Source: an uncultured Ignavibacteria bacterium
Lineage (GTDB): Bacteria; Bacteroidota; Ignavibacteria; Ignavibacteriales; Ignavibacteriaceae
Direction: 5' to 3'
Length of the DNA: 64,000 nt
Assembly: GCA_963739895.1 (NCBI GenBank)
Contig: CAVUCR010000014.1
Location: 164,367 to 228,366 of the forward strand
Made by a program: the position numbers and the translations under genes. The notes under the pieces were generated by a model, which searched no databases, had not been told where the DNA came from, and saw only the letters and a list, made by a program, of their open reading frames with translations. Below are positions 33,742-43,341 of the stretch, in pieces. The stretch's first letter is position 1, and each line of letters opens with the position of its first letter.

Positions 33742-35199
33742 TTAAGTTGAGTATCCTGAATTTACATGATTATTTTCTAAGTGATAATTAAAATGAATTT
33801 CAATCACTAATCCATTATTTCTCTTTATATCGAGGCTACCTTCAAGCTGATTTACTAAAGTATGGACCAGCTGTAAACCGAGTGAATCTGAATCTTTAAA
33901 ATTTTTTTTATCTTCAATCCCTACGCCGTTATCGAAAATGGTTATATGAATATTATTATTATCTTCTTTCAGTATAATACTGATTATGTTCTCAGAGTTC
34001 CTTTCTAAATAAAAAGCGTGCTTTATTGAATTTGATACCAGTTCGTTAATTATTATACCAAGGTTAATTGAAGTATCTATATCAAAATCGATATCATCGA
34101 AAACAAGCAGAAATTTAAATTTTTTCAAATCAAGGCTATAGGTCATAAACAAGTTATTAACCAAATCATTAATATAATTTGCGAAGTTTATTTTGGTTAA
34201 TTCTTTTGATTTGTAAAGATATTCGTGTATTAACGCCAGCGCTTTTATCCGGTTCCTGCTTTCATTAAAAACTTCCTGCAATTTGTTATCGTTAAGATAC
34301 CCTGCCTGAAGGCTTAAAAGGCTGGAGACTATTTGCATATTATTTTTAACCCTATGATGAATTTCTTTCAGCAGAATTTCTTTCTCTGCAAGAGAAGCCT
34401 TTATTAATTTTTCTTTCGATTTTTGTTCAGAAATATCGTGAACAACCATAACCCAGCCGGCGATATTTCCCTTGCAATCTTTCATTGCTGATGATAAAAC
34501 CTGAACATCAAATAGTTCCCCGTTTTTCTTCTGATATTTCGTTTCGAACTGAAAGGATAATCTTCCTTTTTTTATTAGAGAATACATATTATTCAGTAAT
34601 TCTTCTTTTTTATCCGCCGCCCAGTAAATAAATGGAGGTACCAGGCCAACTAATTCTTCTTTGGACCAACCTACCATTTGACAAAAAGCTGCATTTACAT
34701 AAGTCTGGGTCAGATGTACATCAACAACGGCAATACCAGCCAGCATAGTATCTTCAATGGTTTTCCTGAATGTATATTCTGTTCTTAAAGCTTCTTCAGC
34801 ATCAAATTTAGCCTTCTCAAATTCTTTATTCTTTAGAGCATTTAATATGGCATTCGGCAATCTTTTGAGACTATCTTTTAATATATAATCGACTGCTCCC
34901 TGCTTAATACTTTCAACGGCAATTTCTTCAGTCTGGTTACCGGTTACTAATATGAAGGGTACTTCATAATTTTTTTCTTTTAATAATTTTAGAGCGTCAA
35001 TTGCAGTCCACTGCGGCATTTTATAGTCAGCAAGTATGATATCCGGGGGGGAAGATTCAAGCATTTCTAAAAATTCGTATTTAGTTTCCACTCTTTCGCT
35101 TACAAATTCCAAACGTGCTTCCCGAAGTTCCAGATCGACTAATTCTGCGTCCGGCGGATAATCTTCCAGAATTAAAATTTTTATTGGAGATGATATCAT
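33742..35199 (-). CDS. Hybrid sensor: receiver - PAS - HisKA_2-type histidine kinase
   Basis: REC (ILILEDYPPD, ILADYKMPQW, ILVTGN), PAS (GWSKEELVG..), H-box EIHHRVKNNMQIVSSLLSLQ, ATPase (NELVSNSIKHAF, DNGVGI, DSLGLQLV). Confidence 0.85.
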   Translation of the reverse strand: MISSPIKILILEDYPPDAELVDLELREARLEFVSERVETKYEFLEMLESSPPDIILADYKMPQWTAIDALKLLKEKNYEVPFILVTGNQTEEIAVESIKQGAVDYILKDSLKRLPNAILNALKNKEFEKAKFDAEEALRTEYTFRKTIEDTMLAGIAVVDVHLTQTYVNAAFCQMVGWSKEELVGLVPPFIYWAADKKEELLNNMYSLIKKGRLSFQFETKYQKKNGELFDVQVLSSAMKDCKGNIAGWVMVVHDISEQKSKEKLIKASLAEKEILLKEIHHRVKNNMQIVSSLLSLQAGYLNDNKLQEVFNESRNRIKALALIHEYLYKSKELTKINFANYINDLVNNLFMTYSLDLKKFKFLLVFDDIDFDIDTSINLGIIINELVSNSIKHAFYLERNSENIISIILKEDNNNIHITIFDNGVGIEDKKNFKDSDSLGLQLVHTLVNQLEGSLDIKRNNGLVIEIHFNYHLENNHVNSGYST

Positions 35200-35273
35200 T
35201 TCTAGATTAATTATGATGTAAAAAAATATTCAATATATGGAGCATCAACTATTGTTAATTTATATTTTTTGGA

Positions 35274-35561
35274 TTAATTATTTGCAGGTAAAGATAAATA
35301 AAAAGTCGCTCCTTCATTTATTTTTCCTTCCGCCCGTACTCTTCCTCCATGTCTCTGAATTACTCTTTGGACTATTGTTAAGCCTATCCCGGTTCCTTCA
35401 AATTCTTCTGATTTATGTAATCTTTGAAAAGCACAAAATAATTGATCTGCATATTTCATATTGAATCCTACACCATTGTCTTTTACAAAATATACAATTT
35501 CGTTTTTTTTGCTAAAGCTTCCGATAACTATTTCACGGTCAGGTTGTTTTTTAGAAAAATG
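35274..35561 (-). pseudogene. 3' remnant of a classical HisKA/HATPase_c histidine kinase (G1-G2 region only)
   Basis: The open frame reads ..EIVYFVKDNGVGFNMKYADQLFCAFQRLHKSEEFEGTGIGLTIVQRVIQRHGGRVRAEGKINEGATFYLSLP. An in-frame TAA lies at 35562-35564, and no DHp or sensor-coding sequence lies upstream. Confidence 0.7.
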
Positions 35562-36144
35562 TTATTCCTTGTACAGGTACTTTAAGTTCATTTTTCCTTT
35601 TCAATTGTCATTTCTATAATTTATAAATATTTCTCAAATTCTTAATAAATTTTAATAATTTTTACTGAAATGAAAATTTAAATAAATAAGGTGAGTAAAA
35701 GAGAAAATTATTTTATTATGCATTATGAACCGGAAAAACAGTAGAAGTTCCATTTAATTAGTTAGATCCAATTTAAATTTTTTCCATTCGAAGGGAAAAT
35801 AAATTTAATATAACTTGTTATTTAAATGATACCGGTTTGCAGTATCCAAGCACTTTTTATTCGACATATTATCCCCTGATTAAACATTCCTTCCTGGGTA
35901 AGATTGGAATGTTTCTAAATATTATTCATAATTATAAATTATTTTAATATTCAAAGAGGAATATAAAATAACTGCAGCTTAATTACTGTATTATAAATCA
36001 CACAGGACAATTTTGTCTAAATTAGAATTTTAATATTTCTCACAATATTTAAACAAAAGCAAATAATTAAATGGTGCGACTTTTGAAATAAAAGGTTATT
36101 TGATCTATCTCACTCGATTAACGGCTGATTGTTTTGGGAACCAC

Positions 36145-36519
36145 TCAGCAATTAACCAGAACTTCATTAATTGTTTCAATCAATTCTGATTTACTATAGG
36201 GTTTTGTAATTATTTTTACAGGGTTTGTCTGGTGTGCATTGAGATAAGTTTCATCATCATGGTAAGCAGTTAAATAAATTATCGGGATATTGTATTTACC
36301 GGTAATAATTGAGGCAGCATCAATTCCGCTTAATTTTCCTTTAAGCATAATATCCATTAAAATAATATCCGGTTTTTCTTTTTGGGCGTTTATTACGGCA
36401 TCCACGGCATTATTTACGATTGACACGGAAATTTCATCAGAATTTTCGAGGTCTTTTTTTATTCCTAAAGCTGTAATTGTCTCATCTTCAACAATTAGAA
36501 CCTTTGCCTTTTTTTCCAT
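36145..36519 (-). CDS. Single-domain response regulator
   Basis: MEKKAKVLIVEDETIT.., ILMDIMLKG (acceptor Asp), IIYLTAY, TKPY. GGAGG ribosome-binding site 7 nt upstream of ATG 36519. The track start at 36600 is an upstream read-through. Confidence 0.8.
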   Translation of the reverse strand: MEKKAKVLIVEDETITALGIKKDLENSDEISVSIVNNAVDAVINAQKEKPDIILMDIMLKGKLSGIDAASIITGKYNIPIIYLTAYHDDETYLNAHQTNPVKIITKPYSKSELIETINEVLVNC

Positions 36520-36682
36520 TTGTACCTCCAAAAAAATATTCTCATAATGACAAAGCAAATATAGTTTAACTAAAAGTAAATACCATTTGCTTATTTTCAC
36601 ATGTGTTCAGGGATATATGAATTTTATTAATTTGAAAAAAACAGAAGAAAGAAGTAAGAAAATATTTAGGTTCATGTCTCGG

Positions 36683-38731
36683 TTACTTAAAATTTGGAAG
36701 GTTTATTGTGAATTTAGTTCCTTCGCTTCTATGTAATTCAATTTTACCTTCCAATTGTTCTACCAGTGTATTTACTAATTGTAATCCCAATGATTCGGTT
36801 TGTTTGAAATTAATATTTTGTGGAAACCCGATTCCATTATCACTAATAGTTAATATAGAACTATTTCCGTCAGCCGGTTTATATGATAATTTTATCTCAC
36901 CTGAAGCTCCATTCGGGAAAGCATATTTAAATGCATTTGATAACAATTCATTTACAATTAATCCTAGCGAGATTGCAGTATCAATACCAAGCGAGACGTT
37001 TTCGATATCAGTAATTAGTTTAATTTTACTTGAATCCAGGCTGTAAGAGCTCATCAGGTGAGAAGCGAGGTCCTGAACATAATCTCCCAGTTTTACACCG
37101 GCTAAATTCCCGGATTGATATAATTTTTCATGGATTAAAGCCATAGACCTGATTCTATTTTGACTTTCCTTAAAAACATCCATTGCTTGACTATCATGAA
37201 AATATGAAGATTGAAGATTAAGTAAACTGGAAATTATCTGCATATTATTTTTTACCCTGTGATGAATTTCCCTAAGCAGGACGTCTTTTTCTCTTAATGA
37301 ATCTTCAATTAACTTTTCAGACTTTTTCCTCTTGGAGATATCGGTAAAAGTAATAACACCCCCCTTAACCTCACCTTTTTCAATAATTGGATTTGCTGAA
37401 TATTCTACCGGGAAAAAAGTTCCATCTGCTCTCCAAAAAACTTCATCGTCTTTTATGGATTCGCTTTTTGTAATTAATGCTTGATAAATAATACATTCAT
37501 TCTCGGGATAATTCTTCCCGTCGGGATATGTATGATGGATTAGAATATGAATTTTTTTATGATTTTGAACAGGATCGAAACCAAGCATTTCAATTGCAGA
37601 TTTATTTACAAAAGTGCAATACCCTTTTAAATCTATTCCAAAAATACCTTCACCGGTTGATTCTAATATCTGTTCGGTTTTTTTATATAACTTCCTGGTT
37701 GTTGTTAACGATATAGCAACCGTAAAGAATAAAAGTGTGATAGCTCCCCCGGCGATAAGTGCAATCCATCCTTTTTCAGAATCGATTGTTTGGTTAAATC
37801 CCGGAAGGGAGGTAAATTTTACAGTCCATGTATGTTGGTTAAAAACAATTTTTTTGGATAAAACAAAAACTATTTGATTCTGTTTTGTAGAGGTAGAATC
37901 GGAAGGATTACTAACATACATAATATTGCTATCGGATTCCTCTTCCCCGTCGTAAATAGCAAGATCTAAAATATTGAACTGTTCTCCCAGAATACCTTCA
38001 ATTAAATCATTCATCCTAAAAGGGCTATATACATACCCGATTAAAGCTTTTCTTCTTTGTTCGATTGTTTCGAGAGGTACATTTTGTTTATAAATTGGAA
38101 CATACATTAAAAATCCGAACTGAACATCTTTATCGGTTTCCTGAACTAAAGTCACCTTCCCTGAAATAGTAGAACTTCCTTCATCCCTTGCCTGAGCCAT
38201 TGCTTTTTTTCTAACCGGGTTAGTGAACATATCGTAGCCAAAGGCTCTTAAATTTCTATCTTTAAAAGGTTCAAGGTAAACTATAGTTGTGTAAATATCT
38301 CTGTTCCCTTCAGGCCAAATCCAAAAATCTTTAAATCCATTTTTGCGAACCGATTTAATCAATTTTTCTTTATTTGAAGGTGCTATTACTTTGGAGTATC
38401 CAATTCCTAAAATTCCCGGGTAATTTTGTTCAATCCTAAGCTTGTCTACGTATGTTTTCCATTCTTGTCTGGTAACATCATTTGATGCAGCAAATAAACC
38501 GCTTCCCCCCAAGAGCACCTGTTCGTAAGCCAATAATCTTTTTTTTATTGAAGTTATAATTTCCTGTACCCGGAAATCAAATCTAACTGATGCATTTTGA
38601 TAGCTTTCTTCTCTTACCATGTGCCAAAACGCTATAGTCATGCACAATGAGAGTATTACCATAATCCATGCTACAGAATAACTGTATTTTGTAGCCGCTT
38701 TGGGGAGTGATTTAATAGAATTTAATTTCAT
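36683..38731 (-). CDS. Sensor histidine kinase: TM - CHASE - TM - PAS - HisKA_2 - HATPase
   Basis: Periplasmic CHASE motifs (YPGILGIGYSKVI, IYTTIVYLEPFKDRNLRAFGYDMF, GKVTLVQE, FLMYVPIY). PAS region, H-box EIHHRVKNNMQIISSLLNLQ, ATPase NELLSNAFKYAF / DNGIGF / ESLGLQLV. Confidence 0.85.
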   Translation of the reverse strand: MKLNSIKSLPKAATKYSYSVAWIMVILSLCMTIAFWHMVREESYQNASVRFDFRVQEIITSIKKRLLAYEQVLLGGSGLFAASNDVTRQEWKTYVDKLRIEQNYPGILGIGYSKVIAPSNKEKLIKSVRKNGFKDFWIWPEGNRDIYTTIVYLEPFKDRNLRAFGYDMFTNPVRKKAMAQARDEGSSTISGKVTLVQETDKDVQFGFLMYVPIYKQNVPLETIEQRRKALIGYVYSPFRMNDLIEGILGEQFNILDLAIYDGEEESDSNIMYVSNPSDSTSTKQNQIVFVLSKKIVFNQHTWTVKFTSLPGFNQTIDSEKGWIALIAGGAITLLFFTVAISLTTTRKLYKKTEQILESTGEGIFGIDLKGYCTFVNKSAIEMLGFDPVQNHKKIHILIHHTYPDGKNYPENECIIYQALITKSESIKDDEVFWRADGTFFPVEYSANPIIEKGEVKGGVITFTDISKRKKSEKLIEDSLREKDVLLREIHHRVKNNMQIISSLLNLQSSYFHDSQAMDVFKESQNRIRSMALIHEKLYQSGNLAGVKLGDYVQDLASHLMSSYSLDSSKIKLITDIENVSLGIDTAISLGLIVNELLSNAFKYAFPNGASGEIKLSYKPADGNSSILTISDNGIGFPQNINFKQTESLGLQLVNTLVEQLEGKIELHRSEGTKFTINLPNFK

Positions 38732-39043
38732 TCTTAGGAAAAAATTTATTTCATAATATGAAAATTATTTCTATACATTAAATCTATTAAAAGTAAATAA
38801 CATCAATTAAATTTATTCTACAGGTTGGTGGAAAATAATTGTAAATACCTTTGTTAAGATATTTAATTTAAGAGATAAAATACAAATTAAAATAAAACAA
38901 ATAAATATAATTAGTTTAATCATGGGTATCCAAAATAAATTTAAAAATATCAGGGATATGAAATTAGGAGAAAAGAGGAACTATTATAAGATGGTGCTAA
39001 ACGCTGTTAGACAATTATATATTCCATTTATAAATGAAATTAT

Positions 39044-39078
39044 GGACCCGCTATGCAATGAAAGTTGTAAACGGGTCC
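39044..39078 (-). terminator. Candidate terminator hairpin after the TPR gene
   Basis: GGACCCG / CGGGTCC 7-bp GC stem with a 21-nt loop, 14 nt past the stop at 39092. A U-rich but interrupted tail follows on the minus strand. Confidence 0.4.
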
Positions 39079-39091
39079 CGCTATTAATAAT

Positions 39092-39511
39092 TTATTGTCG
39101 GCTATAAGTTTTAATTAAGTCGACTGCATCTTTATTGCCTAAAAGTCGAGCCGAATTTAAATCAACCAAAGCAGCGTCAAAATTGCCTAGAATTAGTTTT
39201 GCAGTGCCAATCATCGAATAAATTTTTGCATAAATAGGATTAACCCTGTTTAACCTATTTTCATTATAGAAATTAGACTTTTCTTCTGTTTCCATGTCCA
39301 TTCTAAAGTGAAGCCTAATTGCCTCAGTGCAATCCTCAATTGCCCCTTCATAATCGTGCAATTCAATTTTTGCAGCAGCTCTGCTAGTGTATGGCTGGGG
39401 CAGATCCGGGTTCAACATTATAGCTTTTGTGAAATCGAATATAGCCCCAAGATAATTATTTAGCAACATTTTATTGTTACCCGAAATAATATAGTATTCT
39501 GCATTTCTCAT
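39092..39511 (-). CDS. Small tetratricopeptide-repeat (TPR) protein
   Basis: Three TPR-like units (..YLGAIFDFTKAIMLNPDLPQPY.., ..YEGAIEDCTEAIRL.., ..FDAALVDLNSARLLGN..). The gene starts 7 nt after the stop of the upstream ParA-like gene. Confidence 0.7.
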   Translation of the reverse strand: MRNAEYYIISGNNKMLLNNYLGAIFDFTKAIMLNPDLPQPYTSRAAAKIELHDYEGAIEDCTEAIRLHFRMDMETEEKSNFYNENRLNRVNPIYAKIYSMIGTAKLILGNFDAALVDLNSARLLGNKDAVDLIKTYSRQ

Positions 39512-39518
39512 AGTTTTA

Positions 39519-40322
39519 TTAATAATTTATTTCACTTAAATGTTTATTTATGCTTTTTAAACTGGTTTGATTTTTTTCCAGTAATTCTTGAGCAAGCTTC
39601 AGATATGCAATAGATGACTTTGCCGTAATATTGTAAGATATAACAGACTGATTCATGAAGAAAGCATTTGTTATATCTGTATTCTTTGGAATAATTGTTC
39701 TCATTATATTGTTGGGATATTCCAAAATGAGGTTCTTTTTTGCTTTAAAGGAAGCAGTAGAGTTTCTCTCATTAAATGTTAATAAAATCCCTTCAATGGA
39801 AAGAGTATGATTATAATTCCTTTTAATAAAATCAATATGATCAATCATTTTACTAATTGATTTCAATGAGAAAGGACTTGGCTGAATCGGGATTATTACC
39901 GAATCAGCAGCAATTAAAGAATTTGTTGTCATTCCTACAAGGTAGGGAGGACAATCAATAATTACATAATCAAAAAAAGACGCTTCAGGTTTTAATTGAT
40001 TCTTAAAAAGTAAATGATTACTTGTAAGTTTTGATAACCTGGATTCATCATGAAAAGATATATTTTTAAAAGGAATAAAGAAAAGGTTTTTTTGTTTTGT
40101 TTGATGGATAACTTGCTTTAACAATTTTGAATAACCAAATACGTCAAAAATACCCCCACTGAAGTCGAGATCATTAAATATTGATGAACATGAACCTGAA
40201 GGGTCTGCGTCTATCAATAACGTTCTCTTGCCGTTCAACGCGAAAGCGTATGCTAAATTAAAAGCTGTAGTTGTTTTTCCAACTCCACCTTTAGGTGTGG
40301 CAACGGCAATTATTTTTCCCAT
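39519..40322 (-). CDS. ParA/Soj-like deviant Walker-A ATPase (paralog of 32869..33681)
   Basis: IAVATPKGGVGKTTTAFNLA, LLIDADPSG, VIIDCPPYL, IEGILLTF. Collinear with the other ParA-like protein over its whole length. Confidence 0.8.
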   Translation of the reverse strand: MGKIIAVATPKGGVGKTTTAFNLAYAFALNGKRTLLIDADPSGSCSSIFNDLDFSGGIFDVFGYSKLLKQVIHQTKQKNLFFIPFKNISFHDESRLSKLTSNHLLFKNQLKPEASFFDYVIIDCPPYLVGMTTNSLIAADSVIIPIQPSPFSLKSISKMIDHIDFIKRNYNHTLSIEGILLTFNERNSTASFKAKKNLILEYPNNIMRTIIPKNTDITNAFFMNQSVISYNITAKSSIAYLKLAQELLEKNQTSLKSINKHLSEINY

Positions 40323-40573
40323 TTTGGATTTCTACAAGTATATAGAAAATAGTCATATTTTTTACCAAATTTGGCAAATAATATGCCGTTTAAATTAAAG
40401 CAACTGCAGTGAGTTTCAAAGGAATTTTTTTGTAATAAATTAATACAATGTCAATATTTCAGAACATCCGGCTTGGGGAAAGAAGTGAATTCGTTAAAAA
40501 AACATAAATATATGAGTGGCATTCTACTTGGGATTACCAGGTTAAATAGATATTAACTGAGAGTCTGGAGGGT

Positions 40574-40611
40574 GAAAAGCTGGCTGTTCTTTGGCCGGCT
40601 TTTCTATTTTA
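40574..40611 (+). terminator. Strong intrinsic-terminator-like hairpin with no upstream plus-strand CDS
   Basis: GAAAAGCTGGC - TGTTCTTTG - GCCGGCTTTTC is an 11-bp stem with one G-U pair, followed by TATTTTA. It lies 140 nt upstream of the GH3 start. Confidence 0.6.
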
Positions 40612-40750
40612 AATCAATAAAACATAATCTATTTGTCAATAACAAAACAGGCTTATTTCCTACTTTTTGAATAAAAAAATTAATGATCATAGAAAATATT
40701 CCTTATATTTTAACAAATAAAATTGAATCTTTTACATTATTAATTTATAG

Positions 40751-43006
40751 ATGATTATGATTAATAAAGTCATGTTCATATTGATTTTAGTTATAACTAA
40801 TCTGTTTTCTCAAACGGATTTATACAGTCCATTAATTAATATCCAAACCAAAGCAGTTAATTATACTAATTCAGTAATTGAAAGAAAAATAGACAGCCTG
40901 ATCTTAAAGATGACCTTGAAAGAAAAAGTCGGTCAGCTGGTGCAAATAGCCGGTCAACCGGGATACTTGGAAAGCTTAATAAAAGATGGAAGTGTAGGAT
41001 CAATTTTAATTGGAACCGGAATACCCGGAGAAGTAAACAGACTGCAAAAATTAGCAATGGAATCAGGTTTAAAAATTCCCTTGCTTTTTGCTCATGATGT
41101 AATACACGGATATTACACAATATATCCTATCCCTTTAGGTGAGGCAGCAAGCTGGAATCCTGGTATTGCAAAAGAAGATGCACATTTAGCTGCAATGGAA
41201 GCCGCTTCTCAAGGGACTAACTGGACATTTGCTCCCATGGTGGATATTGCCAGGGATCCACGTTGGGGAAGGATTATGGAAGGTTCGGGGGAGGATCCTG
41301 TTCTAGGAAGCATTATGGCTGCTGCTAGAGTCGAAGGTTTCCAGGGAAATGACTTGAAAGATCCCTTTTCAATAGCCGCATGTGCGAAACATTGTGTTGC
41401 GTATGGGGCAGCACAAGCCGGAAGGGAATATAATACTGTTGACATTTCCGAAAGAACATTGAGAGAAATTTACCTTCCGCCTTTTAAATCTGCAGTTAAT
41501 GCTGGAGTTGTAACTATTATGAGTGCATTTAATGATCTTAACGGGATACCTGCTTCAGCTAATTATCATACACTTACAGAGATATTAAAAGATAAGTGGA
41601 ACTTTAAAGGCTTGGTTGTAAGTGATTGGAATTCAATAGATGAATTAGTATCGCACGGGTTTGCAAAAGATAAATATGATGCGGCAAAAGAAGCTCTTTT
41701 GGCCGGTGTTGATGTCGATATGGTTGGAGATACCATTGCCGGGAATGCTTATTTACCTAATTTGGAAAATCTCGTAAACGCAGGTGTAATTAGTAGCGAT
41801 GAGCTAAATGAATCTGTAAAAAGAGTTCTAAGGGTAAAATTTAAGCTCGGTTTATTTGAACATCCTTATGTAGATACTTCATTTTATAAAACTCATTTAA
41901 TCAGCAAAGAAGAAAGAGAAAAAATTGTAAGAAAGTCTGCTAGAGAGTCAATTGTTCTCCTTAAGAATCAGGAAAATATTCTTCCTCTGAAAAAAAATAT
42001 CACTTCAATAGCACTAATAGGCCCTTTAGCCGATGATCAATCTAATCCTTTAGGATCTTGGTCTGCAGCAGGAAATCCCAAAAATGTTATTACTGTTTTG
42101 AAAAGTATATCCGGCAAAGTTTCATCAAGCACTAAAATTAATTATGTGAAAGGTTGTAATTTTAATGATTCGGATGAAACCGGGTTTAGAAATGCCGTGG
42201 AAGCAGCAAAAAATTCTGACGTAGTTGTTATGGTAGTTGGTGAATCAAAAGGGATGACCGGCGAGGCTTCAAGCAGGGTTAATCTTGATCTGCCGGGTGT
42301 ACAAGAAAAACTTGTAGAAAAAATTTCAGAAACCGGTAAACCCGTTGTTGTTGTTTTGATGAATGGACGGCCTTTGACAATTAATTGGATTGCCGAAAAT
42401 ATTCCCGGTATACTGGAAACATGGTTTTTAGGTGATCAAACCGGCAATGCCATTGCAGATGTTTTATTTGGCGATTATAATCCTTCCGGGAAACTGCCGG
42501 TCACATTTCCCAGGTCAGTGGGACAAATACCAATCTTTTACAATTACAAAGAAACCGGGAGACCTGCAAAACCGGATGATAAATTTACTTCCAAGTATCT
42601 CGATTCACCTGTAACTCCGCTTTATCCATTCGGTTACGGGTTAAGCTATACAACTTTTAATTACAGCAATATAGGAACAGACAAATTGAGACTCTCAACA
42701 AATGATTCTTTAACTGTTTCAATTGATGTGACTAATACAGGAGATCTTAAAGGAGAAGAGGTTGTTCAGATGTATCTGCATGAAAGAGTTCGAAGTGTAA
42801 CACCCCCTGTAAAAGAATTAAAAGGATTCCAAAAAATTCTATTAAATCCGGGTGAAACAAAAACAATAAAGTTTAATATTACGCCGGGTATGCTTTCATT
42901 TTTAGATAAGAACTTAAACCCTTTTATTGGACCCGGAATTTTTGATGTTATGATTGGAGGTAATTCCGCAGATGTTTTATCAACTTCGTTCGAAGTAGTA
43001 AAATAA
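40751..43006 (+). CDS. Glycoside hydrolase family 3 (BglX-type beta-glucosidase / beta-hexosaminidase-like) with C-terminal Fn3-like domain
   Basis: Signal peptide, KVGQL, DVIHGY, NWTFAPMVDIARDPRWGRIMEG, KHCVAYG, VVSDWNSI (nucleophile Asp), GESKGMTGEASSR, GRPL, GYGLSYTTF. Confidence 0.88.
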   Translation: MIMINKVMFILILVITNLFSQTDLYSPLINIQTKAVNYTNSVIERKIDSLILKMTLKEKVGQLVQIAGQPGYLESLIKDGSVGSILIGTGIPGEVNRLQKLAMESGLKIPLLFAHDVIHGYYTIYPIPLGEAASWNPGIAKEDAHLAAMEAASQGTNWTFAPMVDIARDPRWGRIMEGSGEDPVLGSIMAAARVEGFQGNDLKDPFSIAACAKHCVAYGAAQAGREYNTVDISERTLREIYLPPFKSAVNAGVVTIMSAFNDLNGIPASANYHTLTEILKDKWNFKGLVVSDWNSIDELVSHGFAKDKYDAAKEALLAGVDVDMVGDTIAGNAYLPNLENLVNAGVISSDELNESVKRVLRVKFKLGLFEHPYVDTSFYKTHLISKEEREKIVRKSARESIVLLKNQENILPLKKNITSIALIGPLADDQSNPLGSWSAAGNPKNVITVLKSISGKVSSSTKINYVKGCNFNDSDETGFRNAVEAAKNSDVVVMVVGESKGMTGEASSRVNLDLPGVQEKLVEKISETGKPVVVVLMNGRPLTINWIAENIPGILETWFLGDQTGNAIADVLFGDYNPSGKLPVTFPRSVGQIPIFYNYKETGRPAKPDDKFTSKYLDSPVTPLYPFGYGLSYTTFNYSNIGTDKLRLSTNDSLTVSIDVTNTGDLKGEEVVQMYLHERVRSVTPPVKELKGFQKILLNPGETKTIKFNITPGMLSFLDKNLNPFIGPGIFDVMIGGNSADVLSTSFEVVK

Positions 43007-43098
43007 ATTTAAACTGTAAGTATAAAATTTCAAATTACAAAAGAAATATCCTATATATAGTTAAAATATAATAGGCGAGTCTGTATATATATACGATA

Positions 43099-43311
43099 TT
43101 AATCCTGATGCTGCCAGCAGAGTTCTCTATTGGGAAGTGATTGTCTTTTACATCTTTTACCGGATGCAGTTATAGCTTTACATTGCAAATCACCCTGGTT
43201 TCTGTTTTCATTCTTTCTATCTATTTTTAATCCGGCGCTTTTTAAAATCATCGGTATAACAATAATTGCTATTAGTACAATTCCACTATATATTAAAGTT
43301 TTTTTAGACAT
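43099..43311 (-). CDS. Small membrane-anchored protein with a C-terminal CCCH-type cysteine/histidine motif
   Basis: An N-terminal TM helix (LIYSGIVLIAIIVIPMIL) is followed by CKAITASGKRCKRQSLPNRELCWQH. Confidence 0.5.
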   Translation of the reverse strand: MSKKTLIYSGIVLIAIIVIPMILKSAGLKIDRKNENRNQGDLQCKAITASGKRCKRQSLPNRELCWQHQD

Positions 43312-43341
43312 GTATACTTAATTAAATGATTATAGTCTTCT

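Noticed and set aside
35237-35464. 75-aa plus-strand ORF
   Set aside because: It is antisense to the histidine-kinase remnant, whose minus-strand translation has clear G1/G2 ATPase motifs.
38922-39107. 61-aa plus-strand ORF in the gap between the CHASE kinase and the TPR gene
   Set aside because: It has no ribosome-binding site, runs through the GC-stem hairpin and into the TPR gene end, and has non-coding-like composition.
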